64,000 nt of DNA from Malacoraja senta (Eukaryota): the NCBI GenBank assembly GCA_038087875.1, contig CM075987.1, positions 17,486,001 through 17,550,000 of the forward strand, written 5' to 3'. This document shows, piece by piece, positions 1 through 12,900 of this stretch. The number at the start of each line of letters is the position of its first letter. The stretch's first letter is position 1. The position numbers and the translations under genes were made by a program. The notes beneath the pieces are model-generated. The model did not search any database. It was not told the origin of the DNA and saw only the letters and a list, made by a program, of their open reading frames with translations.

Positions 1-1183
1 ATGGTGGTTTTATGGTGATTTCACCCTGCTTGAAGTAGTATGAAACTGCATTTGAATGTGGTGGCCTTGCACCCTGCTTGAAATGGCATGAAACAGCATT
101 AGCATTTGGTGGCCTTGTACCCTGCTTGAAGTGGCATGAAACTGCACTTGAATTTGGTGGCCTTGCACCCTGCTTGAAGTGTCATGAAACTGCACTTGAA
201 TTTGGTGGCCTTGCACCCTGCTGAAAGTGGCATGAAACTGCACAAATTTGGTGGCCTTGCACTCTGCTTGAAATGGCATGAAGCTGCACTTGAATTTGGT
301 GGCCTTGCACCCGGCTAGAAATGGCATGAAACCGCACTTGAATTTGGTAGCCTTGCACCCTGCTTGAAATGGCATGAAACTGCACTTGAATTTGGTGGCC
401 TTGCACCCTGCTTGAAATGGCATGAAACCGCACTTGAATTTGGTGGCCTTGCACCCTGCGTGAAATGGCATGAAACTGCACTTGAATTTGGTGGCCTTGC
501 ACCCTGCTTGAAATGGCATGAAACCGCACAAATTTGGTGGCCTTGCTCCCTGCTTGAAGTGGCATGAAACTGCACTTGAATTTGGTGGCCTTGCACCCTG
601 CTTGAAGTGGCAGGAAACTGCACTTGAGTTTGGTGGCCCTGCACCCTGCTTGAAGTGGCAGGAAACTGCATTTGAGTTTGGTGACCCTGCACCCTGCTTG
701 AAGTGGCAGGAAGCTGCACTTGAATTTGGTGGCTTGCACCCTGCTTGAAATGGTAGGAAACTGCATTTGAATTTGGTGGCCTTGCACCCTGCTTGAAGTG
801 GTAAGAAAATGCACTTGAATTTGGTGGCTTGCACCCTGCTTGAAATGGTAGGAAACTGCATTTGAATTTGGTGGCCTTGCACCCTGCTTGAAATGGAATT
901 TCAAGGAATAACCAGGAGTTAACTGCTAGCCAACCAGCCGTGAGTGAGCTGCCAGCACATCAGGCTCGAGTGACTGAGCTGCCACCCCAAGAATCGATTT
1001 GTCCAGAATGTCCATACTAGCCATCTGGAAACCAGTCCCTTCAGCCCACAATACCCATACAAGGGCTCCAGATCCCCCCCCCCCCCGGCCAACAATATTG
1101 GAATTGGTGGAGAGGTGGAATATTGTGTTGGGGACCAGCCCTCCCGTGTGAACATGGGACCCAGCGGCTCCCACTTAGTCTAG
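1..1183 (+). mobile_element. Non-autonomous Helitron-like element, 3' part (5' part outside window)
   Basis: Ends in hairpin TGGGACCC-agc-GGCTCCCA (1155-1173) then CTAG (1180-1183) followed by T; sequence 1-945 matches the reverse complement of 56922-58012 apart from array copy number and one insertion. Confidence 0.72.
22..895. repeat. 48-bp tandem array A, about 18 copies
   Basis: Unit TTGAAGTGGCATGAAACTGCACTTGAATTTGGTGGCCTTGCACCCTGC (e.g. 364 to 412). Confidence 0.97.
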
Positions 1184-1246
1184 TGTGAACTATTTTGTTC
1201 CATATATTAATAATTTGAATGACAAATAGCAGTGGTCCCAGCAGAA

Positions 1247-1992
1247 CCTTGCAGAAGGATGAGGGGAGATCTTATAGAGACATATAAAATTATAAAAGGA
1301 CTGGACAAGCTAAGTGCAGGAAAAATATTCCCAATGTTGGGCGAGTCCAGAACCAGGGGCCACAGTCTTAGAATAAAGGGGAGGCCATTTAAGACTGAGG
1401 TGAGAAATAACTATACTCCAGCATTCCGGGTCTATCTTCGATTTAAACCAGCATCTGCAGTTCTTTCTTACACTGAAGATGCTGGTTCAGACCCTTCTTC
1501 AGGGTCTTGGCCTGAAGCGTCCTGAATTTGAGGAAGGACATCCTTGTGATTGGGGCAGTGCAGCATAGGTTCACGAGATTGATCCCTGGGATGGCGGGAC
1601 TGTCATATGAGGAAAGATTGAAAAGACTAGGCTTGTATTCACTGGAGTTTAGAAGGATGAGGGGGAATCTTATAGAAACATATAAAATTATAAAAGGACT
1701 GGACAAGGTAGATGCAGGAAAAATGTTCCCAATGTTGGGTGAGTCCAGAACCAGGGGCCACAGTCTTAGAATAAAGGGGAGGCCATTTAAGACTGAGGTG
1801 AGAAAAAACTTGTTCACCCAGAGAGCTGTGAATTTGTGGAATTCCCTGCCACAGAGGGCAGTGGAGGCCAAATCACTGGATGGATTTAAGAGAGAGTAAG
1901 ATAGAGCTCTGGGGGCTAGTGGAATCAAGGGATATGGGGAGAAGTCAGGCACGGGTTATTGATTGGGGACGATCAACCATGATCGCAATGAA
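1247..1992 (+). mobile_element. CR1/HER1-type LINE 3' fragments (about 1247-1409 and 1523-1992) separated by a Penelope-derived short piece
   Basis: RT C-terminal peptides [43 protein letters not shown]. Confidence 0.88.
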
Positions 1993-2345
1993 TGTTACCT
2001 GCACCTATTTTCTATGTTAACTCTATTGTTAACAGACCTCCAATCAGCAAAACCAACCCCTCCACAACTACTCCATGTCTCCATCCTCAAGTCAATGTTG
2101 AATCCAATTGGCCAACTCATTGGTGTGGATGAGTTGGGCCATGAGTGTGACTACAATCTCAGGGATAATGTGGCTGCTCACCAAAGGATTCCTGTCATGC
2201 AAGGTAAAAGAGGATTCAGGCCCATAGTGTCACTGTGCAGTCAAATCAGACATATGTCATTGCGAGTGTGGTGCGTGGAAGTCATCCACACGGCTGTGAA
2301 AAGAAACCCTTAAGGGCCTGTCCCACTGAAAGAGGTAATTCAAGA

Positions 2346-2914
2346 TACACAAAAATGCTGGAGAAACTCAGCGGGTGCAGCAGCATCTATGGAGCGAAGG
2401 AGATAGGCAACGTTTCGGGCCAAAACCCTTCTTCAGACTGATAGGGGGTGGGGGGAGGCGGGGAGAAGAACGGAAAAAGGAGGAAGAGGAGCCCGAGGGC
2501 TGAGGGAGAGCTAGGAAGGGGAGGAGACAGCAAGGGCTAACAGAATTGTGAGAATTCAATGTTCATGCCACCAGTATGCAGACTCCCCAAGCGGAATATG
2601 AGGTGCTGTTCCTCCAATTTCCGGTGTTGCTCACTCTGGCCGTGGAGGAGGCCCAGGACAGAGAGGTCGTATACGGAATGGGAGGGGGAGTTGAAGTGCT
2701 GAGCCATCGGGAGGTCAGGTTGGTTAATGCGGACCGAGCAGAGGTGTTCGGCGAAACGATCGCCAAGCCTCCGCTTGGTCTCACCGATGTAGATCAGCTG
2801 ACATCTAGAGCAGCGGATGCAATAGATGAGGTTGATGCAGGTGAACCTCTGTCGCACCTGGAACGACTGCTTGGGTCCTTGAATGGAGTTGAGGGGGGAG
2901 GTAAAGCGACAAGA
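2346..2914 (-). mobile_element. Penelope-like element 3' fragment with GIY-YIG endonuclease
   Basis: ORF 2537-2857: NLIYCIRCSRCQLIYIGETKRRLGDRFAEH...GMN; flanked by CAAGA repeats (2341-2345, 2910-2914). Confidence 0.9.
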
Positions 2915-3014
2915 GCTTTCCCGAGTAAAAAAAAAAAATCTAACTCGTGGTAAGCACGTAGAATGTACGTAGCGGGTACGACGGAGCTCGGGACGTCTCT
3001 TAGTGGCTTGTAAC

Positions 3015-3509
3015 TAAGTTAGTTAAAAGTGTTCATTTTGGAGGTCTTTTAGTCTTTTTATGTGGAGCTTTAAACACCGCAGAGCCTGGGATCTCACGAC
3101 GAGGTCGCCAGAGTCGGAGCTCCGACCAGCGCGGCTCGTGGACTTCGGGAGCCGCGGTCTCCTGGGAGGTAGCGGCCGCTCCAGACACTCCGGGCCGCTG
3201 AGAGTGTTCACCCGATGCCAGAATTCCATCATCCGGCGAGAGGGCCTGAAGCATCGGGCTGCCGTAGCGGCGACTGCGGAGGCCTCAATTAGGCCCGACT
3301 ATGGGTGAACTGGGGATGGGACTGGACTTTGCTGCCTCCCCCCACAGTGGGAACCATTGTGGGGGGATGTTTTATGTTTAGTGTTAAATTCTGTTAAATT
3401 CTTTAATGTTGTGTATTATCTTTATTCGTGTGCTGCGTTGGCAAGTCGAATTTCACTACACCAATTGGTGTATGTGATAATAAATGTCCTTTGTCCTTGT
3501 CCTTGACCT
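3015..3509 (+). mobile_element. Non-autonomous retroelement (SINE-like / LINE 3' end) with AATAAA-(CCTTGT)n tail
   Basis: TSD TTGTAAC (3008-3014, 3510-3516); related 3' ends near 5720-6045 and 8500-8570. Confidence 0.65.
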
Positions 3510-3820
3510 TTGTAACGCTAACGGCAGGTACTCGGAAAAAACGGTAAGCTCGTGATGACTCATGAAGATTTTTCAACGTTGAAAAATGTCCACGAGAACC
3601 CCGAGAACCTATGAGCGGCTATTACCGTAATTCTCCGAGTTCAAATCAGGGGAAACTCGGGAGAACTCTTGAATTAGCTCGTACAGTGGGACAGGCCCTT
3701 TACCACGTCTGCTGGAATGGAAACTAAAGTATTTAAATCATGAGATCACTTATCTCCCCAAGACCTTGTTTGTGATCAGACCCCATCTGCATACCATCGG
3801 TTGACACGCAGAGCCCTTAC

Positions 3821-3913
3821 TTTGCAATTCTTGCAGCACGGACCAAGAGATGAACATTTTGCTCCACGCTTGAGTTTACAAGATGTCGGTTCACAGCAGG
3901 GGTCCTTACATTG
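3821..3913 (-). CDS. ADAM disintegrin exon [31 protein letters not shown], 93 nt (this frame not in ORF track)
   Basis: Acceptor ttttcccacAG, donor AAA|GTAAGG; disintegrin cysteine pattern. Confidence 0.93.
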
Positions 3914-6900
3914 CTGTGGGAAAACATTAAACATACAGGAAGTACCGTGACTGAGGTGACATATATCAACACATAGAGAGGAGATTGCTCAGGAGTTCCC
4001 CACAACACGTATCATTACTGAAAGCAGATTAACAGCAACATGTAGATGGAGTTGGAAAGAAGCATGTGGTACGCTCGCCTTCATGGCTTGCTTGGGGCAT
4101 TGACTGTACGAGACCGTCTTGTTTATTCTCACGTATACAGAGGTACAGTGAAAAGCTTTTTTGTTGCGTGATATATTGCGTGGAAAGACTATACATGATT
4201 ACAATCAAGCCGTCCAGATAAAGTGATTAACATTTAGTGCAAGGTAGATAAAAATGCTGGTGAAACTCAGCGGGTGAGGCAGCATGGGTCTCGACCCGAA
4301 ACGTTACCTATTCCTTCGCTCCATAAATGCTGCCTCACCTGCTGTGTTTCTACAGCATTTTTATCTACCTTCGATTTTTTCCAGCATCTGCAACATTTAG
4401 TGCAATGTAAAGTCCAATTAAGATAGTCCGAGGGTCTCCAATGAGGTAGATTGGAGGTCAGGACCACTCTCTAGTTGGTGATAGGATGGTTCAGTTGCCT
4501 GATAACAGCCAGGAGGAAACTAGAGTTTAGGTCCCTGAATCTAGAGGTGTTTGTTTTTACACTTGTGTATCTCTTGCCTGATGGGAGAGGGGAGAAGAGG
4601 GAGTGACTGTGGTGAGATTTGTCCATGATTATGTTGGTGACCTTGCAGTCATCATGCAGCTTTATATAACTTTGTTTAAACACTTGGAGTATTGTGTGAA
4701 GTTTTGGTCACCCCGTTACAGAAAGAATGTGGCTGCGCTGGGGCAGAGAAGGTTTAGCAGAATGATGCCTGGCCTACAGTCCACCCTTGTTATTACAGAC
4801 CTCTTTAAGAACATTGGCTGCTGTTTAAACTGCGAAAGGACACTGATATTGGCAAGCAATTGCTTTGATTGACACTTATGCAATGATATTCTATTCTATG
4901 TAACAAAAAGCCTTTGCTATTTTTTGCAGCAACAAAATGCATTATTAGGGTTAACATGAACTTTGTATGGTAGTTGTTTCATGTGAACCCCTATTCAGTT
5001 ATAATGGACAACTGGTGATGATGATAATGATACTTTATTATTGCCTCTTGTACCTACCTCTTTGTTTTTGCATACAAAGTACACAAAAGAGTCATCACAA
5101 AGTTACAAAAAGTACTCATCCCTTTCTCGTGCGGGGTCACCCTTAATTCTTGCCGCTTACCTCTCCCCCACGCCAGGTCCCCCTTAGTTCTCAACACCCC
5201 CCCCCCCCAACGCAGGGTCCCCTTATTTCTCAGCACCCACCCCCACGCCAGTTCCCCCTTGTCTCTCAGTCCCCCCCCCCCCATGCCAGGTCCCCCTTGG
5301 TTCTCAGTGCCCCCCCTCATGCCTGTAATGGCTGCAGGAGAGCTTGGACAGGCTGCCTGTTTACTGTGGAACGTTGGAGGTTGAGGGGGGACTTGATAAA
5401 ATTATGAGACATAGGTAGGATAAACAAGCTGAATATTTTTCCGATGATGTGAAAAACAAATATCAGGAAGGCGTACGGTTTGCCTGCGTTTGAGTCATAT
5501 TCCTCTGGACTTTTCCCACCCATGCATATATCCAAATGTCTTTTAAATGTTCTTTTTCAATTCAATTTAAATTAATTCAATTGATAAAGCGTCTGTGGGC
5601 ACCTCCCTTTGAATAATATCTGTAGTTGCTCCCCCCAACCCAGTGTATTCTGTGGAAGAGTTGCCAGTCGGTCTGCCACCTGCCTGTGGACTCCATCATA
5701 TCAGTCAGCCGCGACTGATTTGTGGCCCCGACCACGGATGAACAAGGAGGAGGACTGGCTGAACTTTGTTGCCTTCCTCCACAGTGAAGAATGCTGTTAA
5801 AATTTATGTTACATTTTATTGTGTATTGTGTTTTCTTTTTAAGTGTATCGCTGCTGGTAAATTAATTTCACTGCACCAAGGGATATGGGGAGAAGGCAGG
5901 CACGGGTTATTGATAGGGGACGATCAGCCATGATCACAATGAATGGCGGTGCTGGCTCGAAGGGCCGAATGGCCTCCTCCTGCACCTATTTTATATGTTT
6001 CTATGTTTCGGGTGCATGTGATGAATAAAATTGACAGACTCTGACTTTGGGGTAGCTCTGTTGGTAATGAATGAAATTCAGTCCCTTGCAAGGGGTGACA
6101 TAGAATATGGAGATGTAGAGTCAGTATGGATAGAACTGAGGAATTGTTAGGGTAAAAAGACCCTAATAGGAGTTATCTACAGGGCTCCAAACAGTAGCCT
6201 GGATATAGGGTGCGTTGAATCAAGAGTTAAAATTAGCATGTCGCAAAGGTAATGCCACTGTGGATATGGGAGATTTCAACATGCAGGTAGACTGGGGAAA
6301 TCAGGTTGGTACTGGACCCCAAGAAAGGGAGTTTGTAGAGTGCCTTCATGATGGATTCTTCGAGCAGCTTGTACTGGAGCCTACCAGGGAGCAGCCAATT
6401 CTGGATTTAGTGTTGTGTAATGAACCGGATTTGATAAGGGAACTTGAGGTAAAGGAGCCTTTAGGAGGCAGTGACCATAATATGATGTTTAAATCTTCAA
6501 TTTGAGAGGGAGAAGGTAAAATCAGAAGTGTCGGCTTCGGGTGCATGTGACGAATAAAATTGACTTGGACTTTGACAGAGAACAGTTTGCTCATCTCCAG
6601 ATTTCCACACCTCCCACTTTACGCCCCGCTCCCCTCCCCAGAACCCCCCCCCCCCCCGGAGTTGCACGGCTGGCCCCTACCCACCGCAGGACTGCCACAG
6701 TCACACTGTTCGCCCTTCTCCAAGTACATGTTCCCGCACATTGGGCCTCCGACCAGGTTCTCCATTATGGGAACGTTGTAGAGACAATGGCCTCCACCGC
6801 GCTTCAGGCTTTTCATCAGGTCGGCCCGGCTGCAGCTGCTGAATTTTGACGGGTATGGCAAGCTGAAAATAAAGATAAGTTGATTCTTTCAAAGGGATGA

Positions 6901-9900
6901 AGGAAAGAGTCGTTGAGCCTCACGTCAGTGTGAGGGAAGATATAGAGAACACCGTAGGAAGTGGACATTCGGCCCATGAGTCCTGTGCTGGACATGATGC
7001 CAAGACCAACTCTTAACTACCGCCACATTATCTGTGTCCATCCATTCCCTGCATCCCCGTGTCACTGTGTGAATGTCTCGTAAATGCCACGGTTATAATC
7101 TGTCTCAACCACCACTCCAGGCGCCCACCACTTTCTGTAGAACAAACCTGCCATGCATATCATTAACCTTTGCCCCTGTCACCTTAAAGCGATGCCGGAG
7201 GTGCAAAGGGACTTGAGAGTGCTGGTGCAGGATTTCCACAAAGTTCATCTGCAAGTTGAACCGGTAGTCAAGAAAGGCTTACATACAAAAACAGGGATGT
7301 AATGTTAAGGCTCTATAAGGGAAGAATTAAAGGACATTCTTTTAGGAAGGAGAAATATCTTGGTCAGAGGGTGGTGAATCTGTGGAACTCATTGCCACAG
7401 AAGGCTGTAGAGGCCGTCAGTGGATATTTTTATGGCAGAAATAGGTAGATTCTTGATTAGTACGGGTGTCAAGGGTTGTGGGTAGAAGGCGGGAGAATGG
7501 GGTTCAGATGGAGAGATAGAGTAGATCAGCCATGATTGAATGGCAGAGTAGACTTGATGGGCCAAATGGCCTAATTCTACTTGGATCACATGACTCTCTA
7601 GTATTTTTAATTTCCATCTTGGGAAAAAGGTTTAATTTGTCTACTCTATGTATGCCTTGTAATTTTATTTCAAAGTCACGTGAGTGACTACGTGAAGAAG
7701 CCCGCCAGCCCGCATGCGCGTCAATATGTCTAGCGCATGGCGTGAGTCGGAGCAGTTTTCGCACTGCTCTGCAAGGTAAGTCAATCTTCTTCGGGCCGCT
7801 TTATAGCGTGCCCAAAGTAGCTATGGAGGCGGCCGGGGGTTTTGGCCGCCGTGGAAGCTCCACTGGAGCTAGAGTAAGTGTTTGCGCCGCAGTTAAGCTC
7901 TCCAACGGGAGCACGCGGCTGAAATTATAGGGCTTCATTGCGGCTGTTGCCGTTATAGTCTGCATGGCAGCAGACGGCCCAAATGGGGCTAGGTTAAGTG
8001 ATTACAGCTGCCGGCATCAGAGCTCCGTACGGGAGCAGGCAGCCAGAGTCGGACGTGGGGCTCCGTAAGGAGCTGACATTCATAAATTGCGGCTGCTGGC
8101 AGCCAGGTCTATTTTTACTGCAGATTTCCAGCAGCAGGTGAGTTTTTAAATAGCCGCGGTCTAGAGCTACCGCTTAGGTAGCTCAGCCTGCCATAGCACT
8201 GTACAAATTTAACAGTTTCTGCTACAGCTATGCTACAGCAGCATATAGTGTATACTTTATTTTGGGTGGCTATAATAGAGTTGGCATCGTCAGTGAGGTA
8301 TATCCTTACCTGTTGCATTCGTTTGCAGCAAAACATGATGAATGGTTTCAATGAGTTAGTGATTAACTGGCTCCCACCCTGAAGGCCTAACAACCCTTCA
8401 GGACCATTCTGCCGATAGCATTCTAAGTCGTGTTTAATTCTTGGCAATATCACAAATATATCTTATCATGCCAATAAAGTTTATGTTTTAAAAGAGATAA
8501 TTACAAAGGACATTTATTATCACTTACACCTATGGTGTAGTGGAATTGGACTTGCCATTGCAGTCCAGAGCTCCTGGCTTGGGAAGCCTTGTTTGAGCTG
8601 TGCCCATCAGTCACCTGTGGGAGCTACACCAGGTGGCGTCACGGTAATTTCCGCTCATTAGAGGGGACTGTGGAAGATTATTTTACAAAAGACTCCAACT
8701 ATATGCATATCAATAAAGTAGTCAAATCTCTGATTTTATAGGGATAGCTTTCTTTTAATCATATAAACGTCATTGCCTATAACAACACCTGGCAGGGTTG
8801 CAGTATTTCTCCCACTCTGTCTGGCATATGGAGGCCAGAGACGCTCCAGTCCTTCCCTGTAATATTCCGTTGGCTCCGGAAGGGAGCAAGGACTCGGAGT
8901 CACTAGCAGGTGCAGTCTGTTTGATAAATCATGATAACAACAGAGCACCGATCTGCAGCTAATCTCGGTTCGGCTGCTAAAGGAAGCAGCCTGAAAACCC
9001 CAAGTCGGGGCAAAGTCATAGCCAAGTTTTGGGACATCTATAGCAGATGTGATTGGGTTTTGTCCCAATTAGAACATCTGATGAGTCAAATTATAACACA
9101 AGGAATGCTCCGTCTTACGAAGGCATGTCAGGCAGCAGCTCCTGGTTCAGGGTTGCAAAATTTTCCTCCCACTCAGATGAAAGGAGTGGTGGAGATGGTG
9201 CCAAAGTATATGCACATATGCCTGAAGCAGCTCCTCGTTCATGGTTGCAATTTTCCTCCCACTCGGTTGAAAGTAGTGATGGAGATGGTGCCAAAGTATA
9301 TGCACACAAGCCTGAGGCAGCTCCTGGTTTAGGGTTGCATAAGTCCTCCCACTCGGATGTATGAAGTGATGGAGATGGAGCCATATATATTATGCTCCGT
9401 ATTACGGAAGCATGCACAGGGAGTTCAATTCATAACAAGAGGATTTCAGTATAGGAGTTTCATAACAAGAGGATTTCAGTATAGGAGTAAAGAGGTTCTT
9501 CTGCAGTTGTATAGGGCTCTTGTGAGACCACATCTGGAGTACTGTGTACAGTTTTGGTCTCCTAATTTGAGGAAGGACATCCTTGTGATTGGGGCAGTGC
9601 AGCGTAGGTTCACGAGATTGATCCCTGGGATGGCGGGACTGTCATATGAGGAAAGATTGAAAAGACTGGGCTTGTATTCACTGGAGTTTAGAAGGATGAG
9701 GGGGCATCTTATAGAAACATATATAATTATAAAAGGACTGGACAAGCTAGATGCAGGAAAAATGTTCCCAATGTTGGGCGAGTCCAGAACCAGGGGTCAC
9801 AGTCTTAGTATAAAAGGGAGGTCATTTAAGACTGAGGTGAGAAAAAACTTTTTCACCCAGAGAGTTGTGAATTTATGGAATTCCCTGCCACAGAGGGCAG

Positions 9901-12900
9901 TGGAGGCCAAATCACTGGATGGATTTAAGAGAGAGTTAGATAGAGCTCTAGAGGCTAGTGGAGTCAGGGGATATGGGGAGAAGGCAGGCACGGGTTATTG
10001 ATAGGGGACGATCAGCCATGATCACAATGAATGGCGGTGCTGGCTCGAAGGGCCGAATGGCCTCCTCCTGCACCTATTTTCTATGTTTCTATGTTTCATA
10101 TGCCTGTAGCTGCCCCGGTTTCAGGGTTCGTGTTTTCCTCCCACCCGAAAGGCTGTCGGAGATGGTGTCACAAAATATGCTCGGTATTACGGAAGCATGC
10201 ACAGACAGTCCGAGGCATGCGGATATGGCAACACCTGGTTCAGGGTGCAATTTTCTCCCACTCTAAGAGAGTGTCAGAGATCAGTACGGACCGACTCCAA
10301 ACATGAGCCCGAACATGACTATGTGCCGGGATCCCATGCTTTAATGCATGATGTACGACAATCGCATGAGGAAAAGCTGTGTGCTCTTGCCTCTAAAATT
10401 GTTTCCCTCGGGGACGGACAAACCACTACAAGAGAAGTTGGCCAGCGGCATCAGCTATCTAACAGAAATGACAAGCATGATGGACAAGGTCTGCAAATGG
10501 AACTTCGCTGAAGCTCCAACAAAAGAAATCGACCTGGGGTTAGAGACGCTGGTAAGTAAGGTCTCGTTATTAACCACCGTAAACTCCGAAATGGAACAGT
10601 CTAGTCATTTTTTCACTGTCTCTGGGATAAGGTCAGGTTGATGTAGAGACATTGGCAAGGTGCTTTGCACAGGAACCTCTGTAGTTCCAAGTAGGAACAA
10701 TTTGGTTACCCTGGATCGGGGTACACCATCATGGAACTGTCTGGTCATACGCGTCAGAGACCAGAGAAGCACTGCTTCATCATCTATGAGAGGTTATCAG
10801 ACTGCTCAATAGAATAAAGTAGTTGAAGTTTCTCAAACATATGGGTTATTTCTCCTCAGTTCATAGAGTTACTGGTTCATTGGAATCATCATTGCCATCC
10901 TCTCTGGGACAGGTGGTTACCAGCAGGAAGCTCGTCTGGCATATAATATAACTTTATCTGTCCTGCAGGTTCATGTTGTGAATCAACAATGTATTCATAT
11001 AGTCCATAGGCTCTCAATACCAGTATTCCTGATTGAGTGGCGAGTCGAAGAGATTGCGTTATGCACTCTGGCAACTTAGACATGTGGTTTCAGTCAAAGG
11101 ACTGCGAGGTAATTCCTGATTCAGCCTGCATAATATTAATCTCCACTCTGAAGGAAAACGCTACGTATTCATGGTGACTCTTAGTCAAGAATTGAGAGGG
11201 AACTCATATTCCCATATCTAAGGGAGACTGTGGTTTCAGCTCTAGTCATTAGCTGCTGATTTTACTTCGGAGTCACGTGAGTGACTACGTGAAGACCCCG
11301 TCCAGCACGCATGCGCGACATTAGCGTTCACGCAGTGCAACAGCGACGACCGGGAGTACAGGCGCTCCCGCTACACGTCGGTGAAAACTAAACAGCGGAC
11401 CATCAGGTAAGTCTTACACTGAGGTCGTAATCCGCAAGCTGTGCTCTGCTCTGTATTCCAGGGGAACTGGGAAAATGAGCAGCACGGCAAAGGAAGAAAA
11501 CCGCCCCCGTTCGACTCCAACAGAACGGGAGTGTTCCATCAGTGGGGGGCGAGAGGCGGCACCTGGACCGTATATGCGGCGGTCCACCCTCATCGAGACC
11601 GAGCCGAGCCCAGTCCCGCTAGCGCAGCCTGATGAGCGGCAGCGGGCTGGAGGAAAAGTTTAAAAAAAAATTAAAAAAACCGGCCGGTTATGTCTGACTC
11701 CGATGAGGAGGGTCCGCCTTAGAGCGGCAGAACTAGCCGCCTGAGCCGAATGGAAAGGCTCATGGAGCAACTGCTCCAGCTAGACTTGCTTCAGGAGCTA
11801 GAGCAGTCTCGCCAGGGGGATCAGGCACTCCCACAGCAGTGCTCTACAATGCACTGGCCATCGCTTTCCCCTCAAAGCAGGGCAGCGTTGGCGACCAGGG
11901 CTGGGCTGGTCAGGAACAGGGGTCATTGGCTGAAGATGTCGGGAGTACGCTTGGGGTACAGGATCAGGAAGAGCTGCTGGGTGTGGAGATTCGCTACGTG
12001 GTTTCACCACGAGCAGGGCGGCCATTGGAGCCAAAACTGGCGGCCAGCATCAACCACCTGTCCCTCAAAACCCTACAAGACAGGTACTTAATGAGGCACT
12101 AGAGCTGGAAAACTGCAGTTCGCTCAATGTACCGGCTGTTAACAGCCAAATCTGGGGGGGGGGGGACAGAGTATCCGGAACCAGGAGCTAAAATCCTCAA
12201 GCTCCTGACGACGGGGATAACAGCCTATGCTCGTTCCGTGGATGGGGTGGATATGACCACAAACCAGCAAGACACTCTGGCTCTGCTGTGCTACACCCAA
12301 TATGAGATCAATAACCTCCGCAAGGAGAGAATAAGACCTGCCCTCAATCCCAGGTTTGCAGGACTGTGTAAAACACCGGCCTCAGAGGCGCAGATCCTGT
12401 TATTTGGAAGGACAAGTGAAAGACCTGGAGGAAGAGTCCAAAGCATTTGGCCTCATGAGGGCAGGCCCCGGGACGAGCAGACCCACACAAAAAACCAGAC
12501 GGCAGTACCCCACCGCGTCCACCAGTCAAGGTCAAATTTAGGTAACTGGTGAAAGCTCGGGGTCCGCATACTATCCCCGAAAGCCTTTTTAGGCCAGGGC
12601 CCAGAGCGGACCCCATGGAAAATGCGCCACCCCCAATCAGCAGTACATCAGCAGTACATCCAGCAGTATAACGACGGATGAACAAACGGAAGAAAGGAAC
12701 ACTACCATAACTATGGAGGTAGGTGGGTCTGGTTCCTACCAGCATGTAAATGGGGAACTGTACTAACAGGAGGTCTGTACTAACAGGAGGTGTCTCACGA
12801 ATGATAGTTATATACTTAACAGTATTCGGGGATACAAAATAGAGTTCATTCAAGAAAACATGCCACCAGTTCAGCACGTACCCCAAAGGGTCTTTACCCT

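Larger units (their letters stand above)
2313..3699. mobile_element. PIF/Harbinger-type MITE carrying two nested insertions
   Basis: TIR AGGGCCTGTCCCACTG / CAGTGGGACAGGCCCT; 3-bp TSD TTA (2310-2312, 3700-3702). Confidence 0.85.

Noticed and set aside
22..895. CRISPR-like appearance of the leader plus regular arrays
   Set aside because: Units are head-to-tail with no unique spacers, there are no cas genes, and the context is eukaryotic.
10..904. Long repetitive ORFs (290 aa, 240 aa) over array A; likewise 58369-59143 over array B
   Set aside because: By-product of stop-poor 48-bp units. Several frames are open and frames shift at unit indels, with no sign of coding constraint.
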